DNA of 64,000 nucleotides from an uncultured Chloroflexia bacterium (GTDB lineage Bacteria; Chloroflexota; Anaerolineae; Anaerolineales; UBA4823). The stretch covers positions 102,581-166,580 of the forward strand of contig CAVSCE010000006.1 of the NCBI GenBank assembly GCA_963726375.1, written 5' to 3'. Positions 23,297 to 34,918 of this stretch are shown one piece after another (the stretch's first letter is position 1; each line of letters starts with the position of its first letter). The notes under the pieces were generated by a model, which saw nothing but the letters and a program-made list of their open reading frames with translations, did no database searches and had not been told where the DNA came from. Position numbers and translations under genes: made by a program.

Positions 23297-24750
23297 ATGA
23301 AATCTTCTGGCATCACACTGCTTGGATTAGGTCCTGGAGATCCCACCCTGATCACCCGCCAGGCGTGGGAAATTCTGGAAAAATCTCAGGAAGTCTACTT
23401 GAGGACAAGGCAGCACCCTTCTGCTGCTGGCCTGCCTCGGCATTTAAGTCTTTACTCCTTCGATGACTTATACGATACCAGTGCGACATTTGAAGAAGTT
23501 TATGAAAGCATTATCACTAAGATTTTGGAGTTGGGGCGTCGTCCGCAAGGGGTCGTCTATGCAGTTCCTGGCCATCCAATGATCGCCGAGGCGACTTCAC
23601 CTGAGATCCTGCGCCGTGCAAGGCAGCTAGGGATCCCGGTCCAAGTTATCGATGGGATCAGCTTTATCGAGCCTGTATTTCGCCTGCTGGGATTGGATCC
23701 TTTTCCCCTAACGGGATTGGTCGACGCGCTCGAGCTTGCAGCCACGCATACTCCACCATTCCCGACCTCTGCCCCTGCACTGATTGCACAAATCCATTCC
23801 CAGGCAATCGCCTCCGATGTCAAGCTCAATCTAATGAGCCTGTATCCGGACGAACATCCCGTCCGCCTGGTGCATGCGGCAGGTACGCCTGCAGAGTCGC
23901 TCGAAGACCTTGCTTTATACCAGATCGACCGCAGCGAGCGGATTGGGCTGCTCACGGCGCTCTATCTTCCACCGCTTGGCAAAGCGACTTCATTTGAAGC
24001 TTTTCTGGAAGTCGTCGCGCATCTGCGTTCCCAGATGGCTGCCCCTGGGACCGCGAACAGACTCATCAATCCCTTCGCTCCGATCTGTTGGAAGAGACAT
24101 TTGAAGCGCTAACTGCGCTCGATTCTGGAGACCCTGTTCATATCCAGGAAGAATTAGGCGACATGATCCTGTTGATTCTGCTCCATACGCAGATCGCTGC
24201 CGAGGATGGCGAGTTCACGGTTGCAGATGTGCTGCGCGGCATCCACACAAAAATCGTCCGCCGCCATCCGCACGTCTTTGGGGATGTAAAGCTGAATGAG
24301 CCGGGCGAAATCCTGGCAAATTGGGAACGTCTGAAAGAAGCCGAGCGCCAGGAAAATGGAAATCGGGAAGCCAGCATTTTAGATGGGGTTGCTCTGGCGC
24401 TTCCGGCGTTGGTTCAGGCTCAAATTTACCAGAAGCGCGCTGCCAGGGTTGGTTTTGACTGGCCGGATATCCAGGGGGTGTTAGATAAGATGAATGAAGA
24501 GCTGGAAGAGGTCCACGCTGCCGAAGATGAAGTTCATCGGTCAATGGAAATTGGTGACCTGATTTTCGCGGTGGTTAATCTTGCTCGATGGTATAAAGTT
24601 GACGCCGAAAGCGCGCTGCGCGAAGCAAATGCCCGTTTCCGCAAGCGTTTTGCTTATATCGAAGCTGCTGCCAGGACGAGTGGGCGCTCGACTGCTGATT
24701 TATCCCTGGATGAGATGGAAGCTCTCTGGCAGGAAGCCAAACGCCGCTGA
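23297..24750 (+). CDS. YabN-like fusion protein (an N-terminal tetrapyrrole-methylase-family domain plus a C-terminal MazG NTP pyrophosphohydrolase domain). One frameshift near 24030.
   Basis: N-terminal domain resembles tetrapyrrole-methylase-family proteins. C-terminal CPWDREQTHQSLRSDLLEETFE...EELGDMILLILLH is a MazG signature. Confidence 0.75.
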
Positions 24751-24752
24751 GC

Positions 24753-26600
24753 TCAATTCTTCAGGTGGTGGGCGACATCGATGATTACCCGCTGATAACC
24801 CTTATCCCGGCGGCGGTAAAGTAATGCCGTCTTGATCAGCCAGGAAGTCTGGTTGTGCAGCAGCCCCTGCCACCAGCGGGCGGGGATGAACTCCGGGAGC
24901 ACCACGACAGCCAGCTGCCCATCGTTATGTCTCTGATCGGTTTCATCCAGGAAATCCAATAAAGGGCCAACAATCGATCGATAAGGAGATGGACGGACCT
25001 CCAGCGGGATATCCGGAAACCAGCGTTCCCATTCTTCCTTGACTTAATCCCTGCACCCGGATCCAATTCAATATAAATCCCGGTCACATTCTTAGCGATC
25101 GAGCGAGCAAAATCAACTGCCTCAACCATCCCACGGTGGACGCCTGAAACTGGGATGAACAATCGCGAGGCGATGGAAAAGGTCTAAGGATGGTGGTAGA
25201 CCATGCAGCGAAAGCTGGCTTTTGACCATCTGCATAATGACGTCGGATTTGCAAGAACATAAAACCAGAAAATGGGATCACGATCAAACAGTGATCCAGG
25301 CACCTTCGCAAATTTGCTTATCGCAACAATCAAAGCGTGACAGCTGTTGCTATCGCGCCTAGCGCCGTTTATCGCATGCATCTTTAATCTCCAATTTGGT
25401 CCTCGTAGGCGATACCAATGGATTACCATCCCAGATTGAGAAAGTGTGAAGGAAAGAAATACACCGACTGGCGAAGAATGGGATCAGCGAATGGGTATTC
25501 ACCGTCAAAGCAACGATTAATAACCCAGCTCCAACGGATAGTAGCACAATTCCATTGGCAAAAACCAGCCGATCACCCAACATGAAAGCTGGCGAGGTAA
25601 GAAACTATCTCCAGCCAAGATAGCAGACACACGTAGGAAAATCGGCAAAACTTGTATTGGCGGCAACTGCAAGGATCAGCATAGTTGCAAATTGGATAAT
25701 TAAATAAGCAACCCCTTCCCAAGATTTGTCGAGCTAAGGCGGAAAGTATCGTTTCTTGTGGGCCTGCGACAACTCCTAGAAATTGGGTCAACCCGATGCT
25801 TCCGATGAAAAGGATCCCATCAGGACGGCCATGACAACGAGAGTCTTTGCCGGCATTCTTGGATACGGGAGGTTGAAATGCAGGTACTCCATTACTGATT
25901 GCTTCAACTCCCAGTTAGGGCGGTACACCCGGAAGAAAAAGCGTGGAATAGAAAGAGCAGGGTCAAAGGTTGAGTGGCAGCAGGTAGCGATAGGCTAAAT
26001 CACTGAGGTTTCCGTAAGCAGTATGTACAATCCCGATCAGCAACATCGGAATATAGGTAAATAGAGAAGAAATAAACCGGGATTGCCATCATGGTGCCGG
26101 TCTCGCGTAATCCTCGCAAGTTTGCAATCATAATCAAGATCTAAGAATACCAGCGCGACTTCAACTCGATAAGGCCAGAGTGTTGGAAATGCAGATGCGA
26201 TTGCTTCCACCCCGGCTGTAAGGCTGACGGCTGCAGCAAGCAGATAATCCACCAATAAGTGCAGCCGCGGCTGACCAGTCCGGGAATGTTCCCCAGGTTG
26301 TCGCGTGCGACGACATATGATCCACCGCCGCGATGGGTATCCTTAATCGTCTGAATAATAAGAGATCGTAACAATTACCAGCAATCCGGTGATAGCCAGT
26401 CCGATCGGCCAGGCCATCTGAGTCCCGCCGCTTCCGGCTACAACGAGCCCAAGATAAATTTCTTGATTGGCATAGGCGATCGAAGAGAGCGCATCAGGTG
26501 AAAATGCTGCGAGCGCCCGGATTTTATTCAGCCTCTTTTCTGCTAATAAATGAGTTGGCAGGGGTGAGCCGATGAGCAGATGTTTTATTTTATGGATCAT
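24753..26600 (-). pseudogene. APC-family permease, heavily degraded (about 10 or more frameshifts and stops)
   Basis: The N-terminal fragment MIHKIKHLLIGSPLPTHLLAEKRLNKIRALAAFSPDALSSIAYANQEIYLGLVVAGSG is typical of APC transporters. Further fragments appear in all three frames down to 24753. Confidence 0.65.
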
Positions 26601-26652
26601 GGATAACTCGGCGATCCTTTAGGCTGAATAATGCGATTTGTTTTTAAGAAAG

Positions 26653-27574
26653 TTAGCTATCGGCTCCCCAGCGAGCATAGATCGCGGTGGAAAGCAGCCG
26701 CCCGGCACTTTGCTCAACCAGCGTCAGCTCACCCATCGTAAGCTGCCCACCCAGACCTTCTACCATCTCTTGCAGTGCATAACCGACGCTCAGTGCGGAT
26801 GCTCGGATAGCGTATGCAGTCAGCACGACAAAAATCGGCTGATCGCTGAGCAAGAGTCGGCAGTTGTTCAGCAGCTCCGGGAGCGAACTCGAAAAACTCC
26901 CAGACCTGACCCTGCGGGCCGCGGCCGAATTTCGGCGGATCGAGCACAATCCCGTCGTACTTCGAGCCGCGCCGCGCTTCCTTCCGCACGAACTTGAACG
27001 CGTCATCCACCAGCCAGCGGATCGGTTTGCCGCCTAAGCCTGAAAGCTCCTGGTTCTCTCGTGCGAGCAGGATCGACTTCTTTGAAGCATCGACATGTGC
27101 AACTTGAGCACCGGCCTTAGCAGCAGCCAGGGTGGCAAGACCGGTGTAGCCAAAAAGGTTGAGTACTTTAATCGGCTCATCCCTTTGAGCCTTGTTTTCA
27201 ACGATTAAATCGGATATCCAGTCCCAATGGGAGGCTTGTTCTGGGAACACCCCCAGATGGCGCGAATTGGCTGTAAAAGCCAAAAAACTCAGACCTTTGT
27301 ACTTTAAGTTTCCAGGGAGTTTAATCGGTTTGTTGAATAACCAACGCCCGCCGCTTTCCTCGCCGGTTGGTTGGAAAACTGCGTGTGCCGAATTCCACTT
27401 CTCCTCAGGCAGGGTCCGCTTCCAGACTGCTTGATGTTCTGGTCGTGAAAAAATGTACGGCCCGAAGCGCTCAAGCCGTGCGCCTTCCCCGGAGTCGAGA
27501 AGCTGATAATCTTCCCACCCATGTGTTTTAAGCAGGGATATTTCATTCGCTGAAAGTGCAGAAGACTTGATCAT
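26653..27574 (-). CDS. Class I SAM-dependent (rRNA) methyltransferase, RlmI/YccW-like. One frameshift near 26890.
   Basis: LNLFGYTGLATLAAAKAGAQVAHVDASK and VLDPPKF motifs. The C-terminal LLSDQPIFVVLTAYA...STAIYARW segment is in the adjacent frame. The ATG overlaps the tnaA stop codon (ATGA). Confidence 0.7.
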
Positions 27575-29073
27575 CCTGGTTTTGCCGGTTTTAAGTGCCT
27601 CGACGGCTCCAGTTCGATCAGCCACCTGTATGAAGGAAAAAATTCCAACGCATGTTTTGAGGTCAGCATCAGTCCAAGAAAATTGTTAATTATGAATATA
27701 ATAGGTTCAAAGCGTGCCGTGAAATGGCGCAGAAGCTCCGGGGCATACGTAAACCGGTATCCGCGCACTTGAGATTTTCGCCTGGCGATCTGCACCAGCG
27801 TGCCCACAACAAAATCAAGATGGCTCTGGGTATATACTCGCCGGGGCAGCGCTAGTCGAACCAGCTCCAATGCCGGGAAGATAGTCTCCCCGGTCTGAGG
27901 ATCGGGATGGGAAAACATCACGGAGCCTATCTCAGAGGTTCTGATCCCGCCCTCCAGGTAGAGCTCTACCGATAAAGCCTGTCCTGGAAATTCCGCCTGT
28001 GGGATCTGCGGGAAAAGCCGTCCGGCATCAAGATAAACTGCATGCCCACCTGGAGGCTCGATGATCGGGATGCCATTTTCCATCAGTCGTTCGGCTAAGT
28101 AAGCGGTTTGTCCCACTCGATATTGAAGATAGTCTTCATCAATTCCTTCATACAGACCTGTCGCAAGCGCATCCAGGTCGCGTCCTGCCAGGCCCCCGTA
28201 AGTAGGAAAGCCTTCTCGCAGGATCAGCTCGTTGCAGGCATGCTGATAAAGCTCCTTGTCATTCATTGCAAAAAAACCGCCGATATTGACGATCGCATCT
28301 TTCTTGGCGCTCATTGTTGCACCATCTGCCAATGAAAAGATTTCACGAGCGATCTCTAAAACCGATTTATCGGCGTATCCCGGCTCGCGAGTTTTAATGA
28401 AATAAGAATTTTCTGCAAAACGGCAGGCGTCAATAAAAAATGGTATGCCATATTCGTGATAAGTCTTCGAGACTGCCTGGAGATTCTCCATCGATACTGG
28501 CTGACCGCCGCCTGCGTTGTTTGTGATTGTAATCATCCCAAATGGTATATTCTCGACGCCAGTCGCTTGAATAAAGCGGCGGAGTTTAAGGATATCCATA
28601 TTGCCTTTGAATGGGTGTCGATTGGTTGGATCATTTGCTTCGTCAATCACTAGATTGGCTGGCAGGCCCTTTCGAGCGCGAATGTTTGCGTCTGTCGTAT
28701 CGAAATGCATGTTGGAAGGCACACGTGCTCCTGGTCGGACCAGGAGCGCGCAGAGAATGTTTTCTGCCGCCCTGCCTTGATGAGTCGGGACAAAATAGTT
28801 GAACCCAAAAATATCTTTAACTGCGTTCGTCAGGCGCTGAAATGATCGCGCGCCAGCATATAATTCGTCCCCCTCCATGATTGCCGCCCATTGATGATGA
28901 CTCATCGCTCCAGTCCCAGAGTCGGTGAGCAGGTCGATAAATACATCCTCAGCTTTCAGTGCGAAGACATTATATCCGGCTGCGTAGAGAGCTTTGGTCC
29001 GCTCGGAGCGGTCTATCAGCCGGATTGGTTCAACCATCTTGATTCGGAAAGGCTCAGGTGGATGGATGGGCAT
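27571..29073 (-). CDS. tnaA: Tryptophanase / beta-eliminating lyase
   Basis: PEPFRIKMVEPIRL...SERTKALYAAGYNVF...DLLTDSGTGAMS...VPTHQGRAAE. PLP-lysine region. About 40 extra C-terminal residues relative to E. coli TnaA. Confidence 0.85.
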   Translation of the reverse strand: MPIHPPEPFRIKMVEPIRLIDRSERTKALYAAGYNVFALKAEDVFIDLLTDSGTGAMSHHQWAAIMEGDELYAGARSFQRLTNAVKDIFGFNYFVPTHQGRAAENILCALLVRPGARVPSNMHFDTTDANIRARKGLPANLVIDEANDPTNRHPFKGNMDILKLRRFIQATGVENIPFGMITITNNAGGGQPVSMENLQAVSKTYHEYGIPFFIDACRFAENSYFIKTREPGYADKSVLEIAREIFSLADGATMSAKKDAIVNIGGFFAMNDKELYQHACNELILREGFPTYGGLAGRDLDALATGLYEGIDEDYLQYRVGQTAYLAERLMENGIPIIEPPGGHAVYLDAGRLFPQIPQAEFPGQALSVELYLEGGIRTSEIGSVMFSHPDPQTGETIFPALELVRLALPRRVYTQSHLDFVVGTLVQIARRKSQVRGYRFTYAPELLRHFTARFEPIIFIINNFLGLMLTSKHALEFFPSYRWLIELEPSRHLKPAKPG

Positions 29074-29228
29074 AAAATACCTCAAGTTTGAATTTATGTT
29101 GTTCCAGCGATTGTTGGATTTCTGAACGCACACGAGATTTTTTATTCCATCCAGTTTAGCACGATTTACTCGAATCACCAAGGAAGGATTTCTTCAAGAT
29201 TACTAATAGGAAATAACCTGAAGCGTTC

Positions 29229-29900
29229 ATGTATAATTGCCGCATGAAACTGAGGATTCTCCGCCGATCTGTTGGAATCGGCTTGATGCTGGTGTTTGGG
29301 GTAATGTTTATCTGGGGGATAGTTCCTGTTCAATCGGATGTAAGAAGCACACCGTTATTTGCATCGGAGTTCGCGATCACTCAACCGAAGATTATGATAG
29401 GTCCACCAAATTCTGGATCCCACGAGCCGCTCGCTGGTGATCTTGAGCTCTCTATCCCTCAGAATATCAGGTTGGGTGATCCAACAATCATCCGGCTTGT
29501 TTTTTCCCCAATAAAATACCAAGAATCGATTTCAATTAACAACCAAATTTTTCAGGCTTATCTGGATTTACCGGGAATTCAATATACGCCGACTGGTGAT
29601 ATCAGCCAGAGTATCTCTTTCGACCACCCAGATATCTTCCTCTGGAATTTACGCCCCAAAACGGAAGGTGATTTTAAAGGCAAGGTGTGGTTATATCTCG
29701 ATCTATTGGATGGAGATCCTGATCAAGATGCTCGCAGAGTGATCAGCGCTCAGCAGATCGAAATCAAGGTAAGCAGCTTTCTTGGATTGGGAGGGAGCGA
29801 AGCCCGGATCATAGGTTTTATTGGTTTCATCACAGGAGCTGTATTAGGGATGGATCTTATTTTTCAAAGGTTGATCAAGGTATTTATCCCGGAACAGTAG
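29229..29900 (+). CDS. Hypothetical protein with an N-terminal signal peptide or transmembrane helix and a C-terminal hydrophobic segment
   Basis: An ORF of 223 aa. A TATAAT sits at 29232-29237, immediately 5' of the alternative ATG at 29244. AT-rich. Confidence 0.5.
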   Translation: MYNCRMKLRILRRSVGIGLMLVFGVMFIWGIVPVQSDVRSTPLFASEFAITQPKIMIGPPNSGSHEPLAGDLELSIPQNIRLGDPTIIRLVFSPIKYQESISINNQIFQAYLDLPGIQYTPTGDISQSISFDHPDIFLWNLRPKTEGDFKGKVWLYLDLLDGDPDQDARRVISAQQIEIKVSSFLGLGGSEARIIGFIGFITGAVLGMDLIFQRLIKVFIPEQ

Positions 29901-29948
29901 GAATTGTTTGATGATGCGAAACCCGAGTATTGAATTGGAGAAGATTTC

Positions 29949-30593
29949 ATGATCGAAGTCATACCGTTCATCCAGGGTCCCGTCGAGACTAATTCATATC
30001 TCGTTGCTGATTCGCTGCGCGGCGATGCTGCGGTTATTGATCCTGCCTGGGATGGTGGAGCATTTGTGCGATATGCGGAAAGCCGATGCTGGACGATTCG
30101 ACAGGTTTTATTGACGCACGCTCATTTTGACCACATTGCCGGTACCGCTGAAATATTCCGAAGTGTCCAACCAGCGCCATCTGTCGCTCTTCATCCTGAT
30201 GATTTGCCGATTTGGAAGCAAGGAGGCTGGGCATCATTATTTGGTTTTCATATCGAACCCCTCCCAGAGCCCACCATTGTGCTTGATAATGGGCAGCGTC
30301 TGCAGATCGGCGAATTCGATTTTGAAGTAAGAGCTGTGCCCGGACATACTCCCGGTCATGTCCTTTTTTATTCTCAAGAAGCAGGAGCAGCTTTTTGTGG
30401 TGATGTAATTTTTGCCGGATCCATCGGGCGAACGGACCTTCCAGGTGGTAATTTTCAAACGCTGATGCAGAGCATTCAGACCCAGGTTCTGACCCTCCCG
30501 GACGAAACCAGGTTGTATTGCGGTCATGGACCCGATACGACTGTCGCTGAAGAAAGGTCTTCCAATCCTTTCTTGACAGACATTGACTTCTGA
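29949..30593 (+). CDS. MBL-fold metallo-hydrolase (glyoxalase-II-like)
   Basis: THAHFDHIAG and HTPGH motifs. 214 aa. Confidence 0.85.
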   Translation: MIEVIPFIQGPVETNSYLVADSLRGDAAVIDPAWDGGAFVRYAESRCWTIRQVLLTHAHFDHIAGTAEIFRSVQPAPSVALHPDDLPIWKQGGWASLFGFHIEPLPEPTIVLDNGQRLQIGEFDFEVRAVPGHTPGHVLFYSQEAGAAFCGDVIFAGSIGRTDLPGGNFQTLMQSIQTQVLTLPDETRLYCGHGPDTTVAEERSSNPFLTDIDF

Positions 30594-30624
30594 TTATATA
30601 CTGGTTGTAGAAGCGACCGAATAA

Positions 30625-33371
30625 ATGCTAAAAAATCGGATTGGCTGTCTGATGTGGGTGGTTCTGATCGTGATTGGGGGAGCGATCATTTCTCAATTTA
30701 AATTCGAATTGATTTTTCTGCAGAATATTTTAATGTTTTTGGCTGAGGGCAGCTCAGTTAATAGCATTCTACCTTCACATGAAGCTCTCTATGTCGCCTT
30801 GTTAATAGGATTTAATTTTCTGGGCATCCTCCTCACCGTGGGTTTTGGTTTTTTCTGGATAGCTGAGACTGCTTTCCCAATTAAGAGCCATCGCCAATCC
30901 TTTTATTTGATGGGGGAGTTATTTCGCTCATTGTTTAGTCGTGCATCAGTTATCCTGCATTATCCGGGAAGGAAACCTTAAGGCTCAAAGCAGCAGGCAG
31001 TCGAGCAACCTGATCCTTGTGGACTTGACCAGTGCGGTGGTTATTGAGCGCGGAGGGTTGCGCAAGTCCAGGGTTAAGAAGATAAATGAGAGCGATCCGA
31101 GATTATCACTGGCCAGAGTTTCTGGCCCCGGCCTTGAATTTATTAAACCTGGAGAAAAGCTCCGGGATGTTGTCAGCTTGCAAAAACATCTGCGAAGGTT
31201 GGATGACGTGCGTGCCCAGACGCGTGACGGGATCGAATTAACCACAGATGTGAGTGCAGAATTCGGATTGGCAGGTCGTCCTGCAGTAATTCAAGTGGCG
31301 TATGATGGCAGCCAGGATGTCGAAAACATCCGTATCTTGCAGATTGATCCTCAAACGCGCAGAATCCATGCGATCATCAACGAGTTGGACGAATCAGAAA
31401 AAGAGGAAATTCACCGCTTTGCCAAAGACTTCCTCTTTTTCATGAAGCAGAATTCTTCATTGCTTATCGATCCGGACCCTTTAGGATTGCCGCCAATCTG
31501 GATCGATGAACACCGGATTCTATCGGGCGTGTATTCACGAGCAAGGAATGTCGGTGATCAACAATCGGCAAGCCATTGGACTGACCTGCCGGCTATGGTC
31601 GCAGCTGAAACCTACCGCAACATGGTCGCCCATTATGCTCTGGATGAGCTGTATTTGCCAGAGGATCCGGAACGCTTTCCTTTACAGCGTGGATTTAAGC
31701 CTGAATTTTCAAGACGTATTCGAATGTTAGGAGCGATTTCATTTCAGTTCATCCACCGCCAGGACGGTGAACCGCCTGATTTAGGTCAGCGAGTCGACCA
31801 CAGGAATTTTCGAATTTCTGCTGCACAGGAGTTGAAAACATCAAAAGTCCTGCGTCAGCGAGGCATAAATGTGCTGAATGCGGATTTTTGTGATCCAACC
31901 CCAACCGATCCGCTTGTAAACCAACAGCGTTTGGATAATTGGAGAGCCCGTTGGCAGCAGGAAGTCAATCGATTTCAGGAAGATCGAGACCGAGAATTGG
32001 CGAACGTAAAGAATCAGGCTTTCTTGAACAGGCAGCGCGAAATTTTAGAATTGCTTTCGCAATTGTTCAATCAGACGAGCTTTTCGGAAGCAGAGCTGAC
32101 CAGGAGCCTGTTCGAGGAGCTGGAAAATATTGCCTCAAATCCAATTGCCTCTCAAATGATCCCGAGAGAGACCATTGATCAGATTCTTTCATTAAGGCTT
32201 TGGCTGCTCCCAGATGAGTTCATTTCCACCAGCATCGGGGGCTGGTTTCGTGGAGGAAAAACCGTAATGAAAGCGAGAATCCGGTTTTTCCTCGCAGTCT
32301 TTTGGATATTGATCTGGTTGCTGGTAAATCTGGTGTTCTTTCAATTCACAATTATTCCTGGATTTGGCTGGCGTTACCTTTTAATTCCACCTGTTGTCTT
32401 CTTTTTTGTGTTGTGGTTAGGCGTCCGATTTGTCTATCATGTTTATGACCTCAAAAACATGCCGCAAGCTTTGATTTATTTGCTCGCTTGCTTGTTCGGC
32501 TTAAGATATCCAACTTTATCAATCGGAGATGGAAAAGCTCAGGTTGATGATCCTGAGGAAAATCTCGTCCTCAAGATTGGAGGTCCGGGTTCACTTATCA
32601 TCCAGCCTGGCAACGTCGCTGTGATAGAAAATTATTCAGGAACAGTACGGGTTATTGGACCGGGAACGCATCTCATCACTCGTTTAGAAACGCTTAAGGA
32701 AGTGGTTTCCCTGGATGAACGCTACCGCCCAGTTGAAAAACTAACAGCCAGATCAAAAGATGGAATTGAAGTCAATGCAAAGGATATTCGCTACCGATAT
32801 CGAATTGCGAGTGAGCGGACTCAAGGAGAAAATTCTCAACCAGCGGCTGTAAAGCTATTCGAGTATTCAGAAGATGCCGTTATCCGTATGGTTTATAACC
32901 GTATGCAGAGCAGCTCAGGTCCAGTAAAGTGGGAAGATGGCGTAAACAGCATCGTCGAGACGATCATCACTGATTTCATCCGGCAGCATCATGTCGATTA
33001 CCTGACAGCCCCGCCGCGTCCAGGGGATCGATCCTCGCGCGGAGATTTACTCTCAATTTAATAGCAAAAGCGGAAAAAAGAAATTTCTTGATCTGGGGGC
33101 AGAATTAATTTGGATTGATATCGGTCATTTCGAGACAACTGAAAAATCTGTTGCGATGCAGCGAGTTTCTACCTGGCAGGCGCGCTGGGCGGAAAATCCC
33201 CTTACCTTGCAGGATTTTTCGAATGCTGCTGAGATTGGAAAAGCCGAAGCGGGGCGAGACCTTATCATAAGGGTAGGGCAGTGCCTTGATCAGGTCATCC
33301 AGCTTGGGGAGCCTAGAGAAAAGATCCGCACCCTGGTATTGGCGCGGATCTCACAGCTGCTGGATGATTAG
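30625..33371 (+). CDS. Large membrane protein with two SPFH/band-7-like domains, a coiled coil and a central transmembrane hairpin. It is probably one gene of about 900 aa, split by frameshifts near 30950 and 33060.
   Basis: Track ORFs 30625-30981 (membrane N-terminus), 30941-33061 (706 aa) and 33156-33371 are collinear. An in-frame continuation (SKSGKKKFLDLGAELIWIDIGHFETTEK...) follows the stop at 33061, next to an A6 run. Confidence 0.55.
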
Positions 33372-33377
33372 AATTTC

Positions 33378-34918
33378 TTATTTTGCGTATTCAGTAGCCC
33401 GGGTTTCTCGAATTACGGTCACTTTGATCTGACCTGGATACTGCATATTCTCTTCGATTTTCTTGGCGATATCTCGTGCCATCTGGATTGAAGCCAGATC
33501 GTCAATATCATCTGGCTTTACAAAAATCCTGATTTCCCGACCTGCCTGGAGCGCATAACTTTGGGTGACACCTTTGTGCGAATTGGCGATTTCTTCCAGG
33601 GATCGGACGCGCTTCAGGTATTGTTCCAGGCTTTCTCTTCGAGCACCCGGCCTTGCTCCGGATATCGCATCTGCTGACTCGACGATCGCGGCTTCGACAG
33701 TTTCTTGTTCGACCTCGTGGTGGTGAGAAGCAATCGCATTCACAACTTTCGCTGACACGCCGTAGCGTTTCGCGATTTCTGCGCCGAGCTGGGCGTGGGT
33801 GCCTTCCATGCTGTGATCCACTGCCTTTCCCAAATCGTGGAGCAAGGCGGCTGAGCGGGCGGTTTCGACATCTGCGCCTAATTCTGATGCGATCGCGGCA
33901 GCCAATTTGGCTGTTTCAATTGCATGCCCAAGCTGATTCTGTCCGTAAGACGTCCTGTATTTCAGCCGGCCCAGTATTTTTATGATCTCAGGGTGAAGTC
34001 CAGGGACACCAGCTTCGTAAACAGCCTGTTCACCAGCCTCAATAATTGCACGATCGACTTCCTTTTGTTCAGCCTTCAATACCTTTTCAATATGTGCGGG
34101 ATGAATACGCCCATCCTGGATCAATTTCCCAAGAGCACGCCGGGCTACTTCTCGTCTGACTGGATCAAAACAGGAGATCGTTACCGCTTCGGGAGTGTCG
34201 TCAACAATTACATCCACACCTGCAGCCTGCTCAAATGCGTGGATGTTGCGTCCATTCCTGCCAATGATGCGCCCTTTCATGTCATCCGAAGGAATTTCCA
34301 CGACTGAAGTAGTCGTTTCAACAACGTGATCAGATCCAACTCTTTGAATAGCTGCGGTGATGATCTTCCGAGCCCGATTTTCACCTTCTTCACGAGCTTC
34401 CATCTCGATCTGGCGAATAACTCGAGCCATGTCGTTTCGCGACTCTTTTTCGACGTCTTTAAGCAGGATTTCCCTGGCTTCTTCGGTCGACATCTGGCTG
34501 ATTCGCTGCAGCTCCTCCACTTCTTGTTCATGGAGTTTTTCAATTTCATTATAGCGTTTGTCAATCGTGCTCTGGCGCTTATTCATCAGCTGTTCACGCT
34601 TTTCGAGGCGGTCCACCCGGTTGTCCAGTTCCTCCGGCGTTTCTGCAAGCGATCTTCTTCTTTACCGAGCTCGTTTCGCTTTCTTTCATTATCGAACTCA
34701 GCCTTCTTCAAGACTTCTAAAGCCTGGTCGCGGGATTTAATTTCAACCAGTCGAGCTTCCTCTTTGGCAGCTTCGAGAATGCGTTCTGCATCATCCAGCT
34801 GCTCGCGTTTTGCTTTTTCCACTCGGCTCTGTTTGTATAAATAGCCAATTGCGAGACCGAGACCAAGTGCAATAATTACAATAATTAGTCCTACCATTAA
34901 CAAGGTGCCATTATTCAT
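33378..34918 (-). CDS. rny: Ribonuclease Y. One frameshift near 34630.
   Basis: N-terminal transmembrane helix and coiled coil in ORF 34586-34918. KH and HD domains (GRIIGRNGRNI; LLHDLGKA) in ORF 33378-34616. Confidence 0.88.

Noticed and set aside
25000-26640. Possible novel small genes among the many short ORFs on both strands
   Set aside because: All minus-strand pieces are collinear fragments of one APC permease. The plus-strand ORFs (25783-25998, 26638-26997) are antisense to it or to the methyltransferase and show no coding signature.
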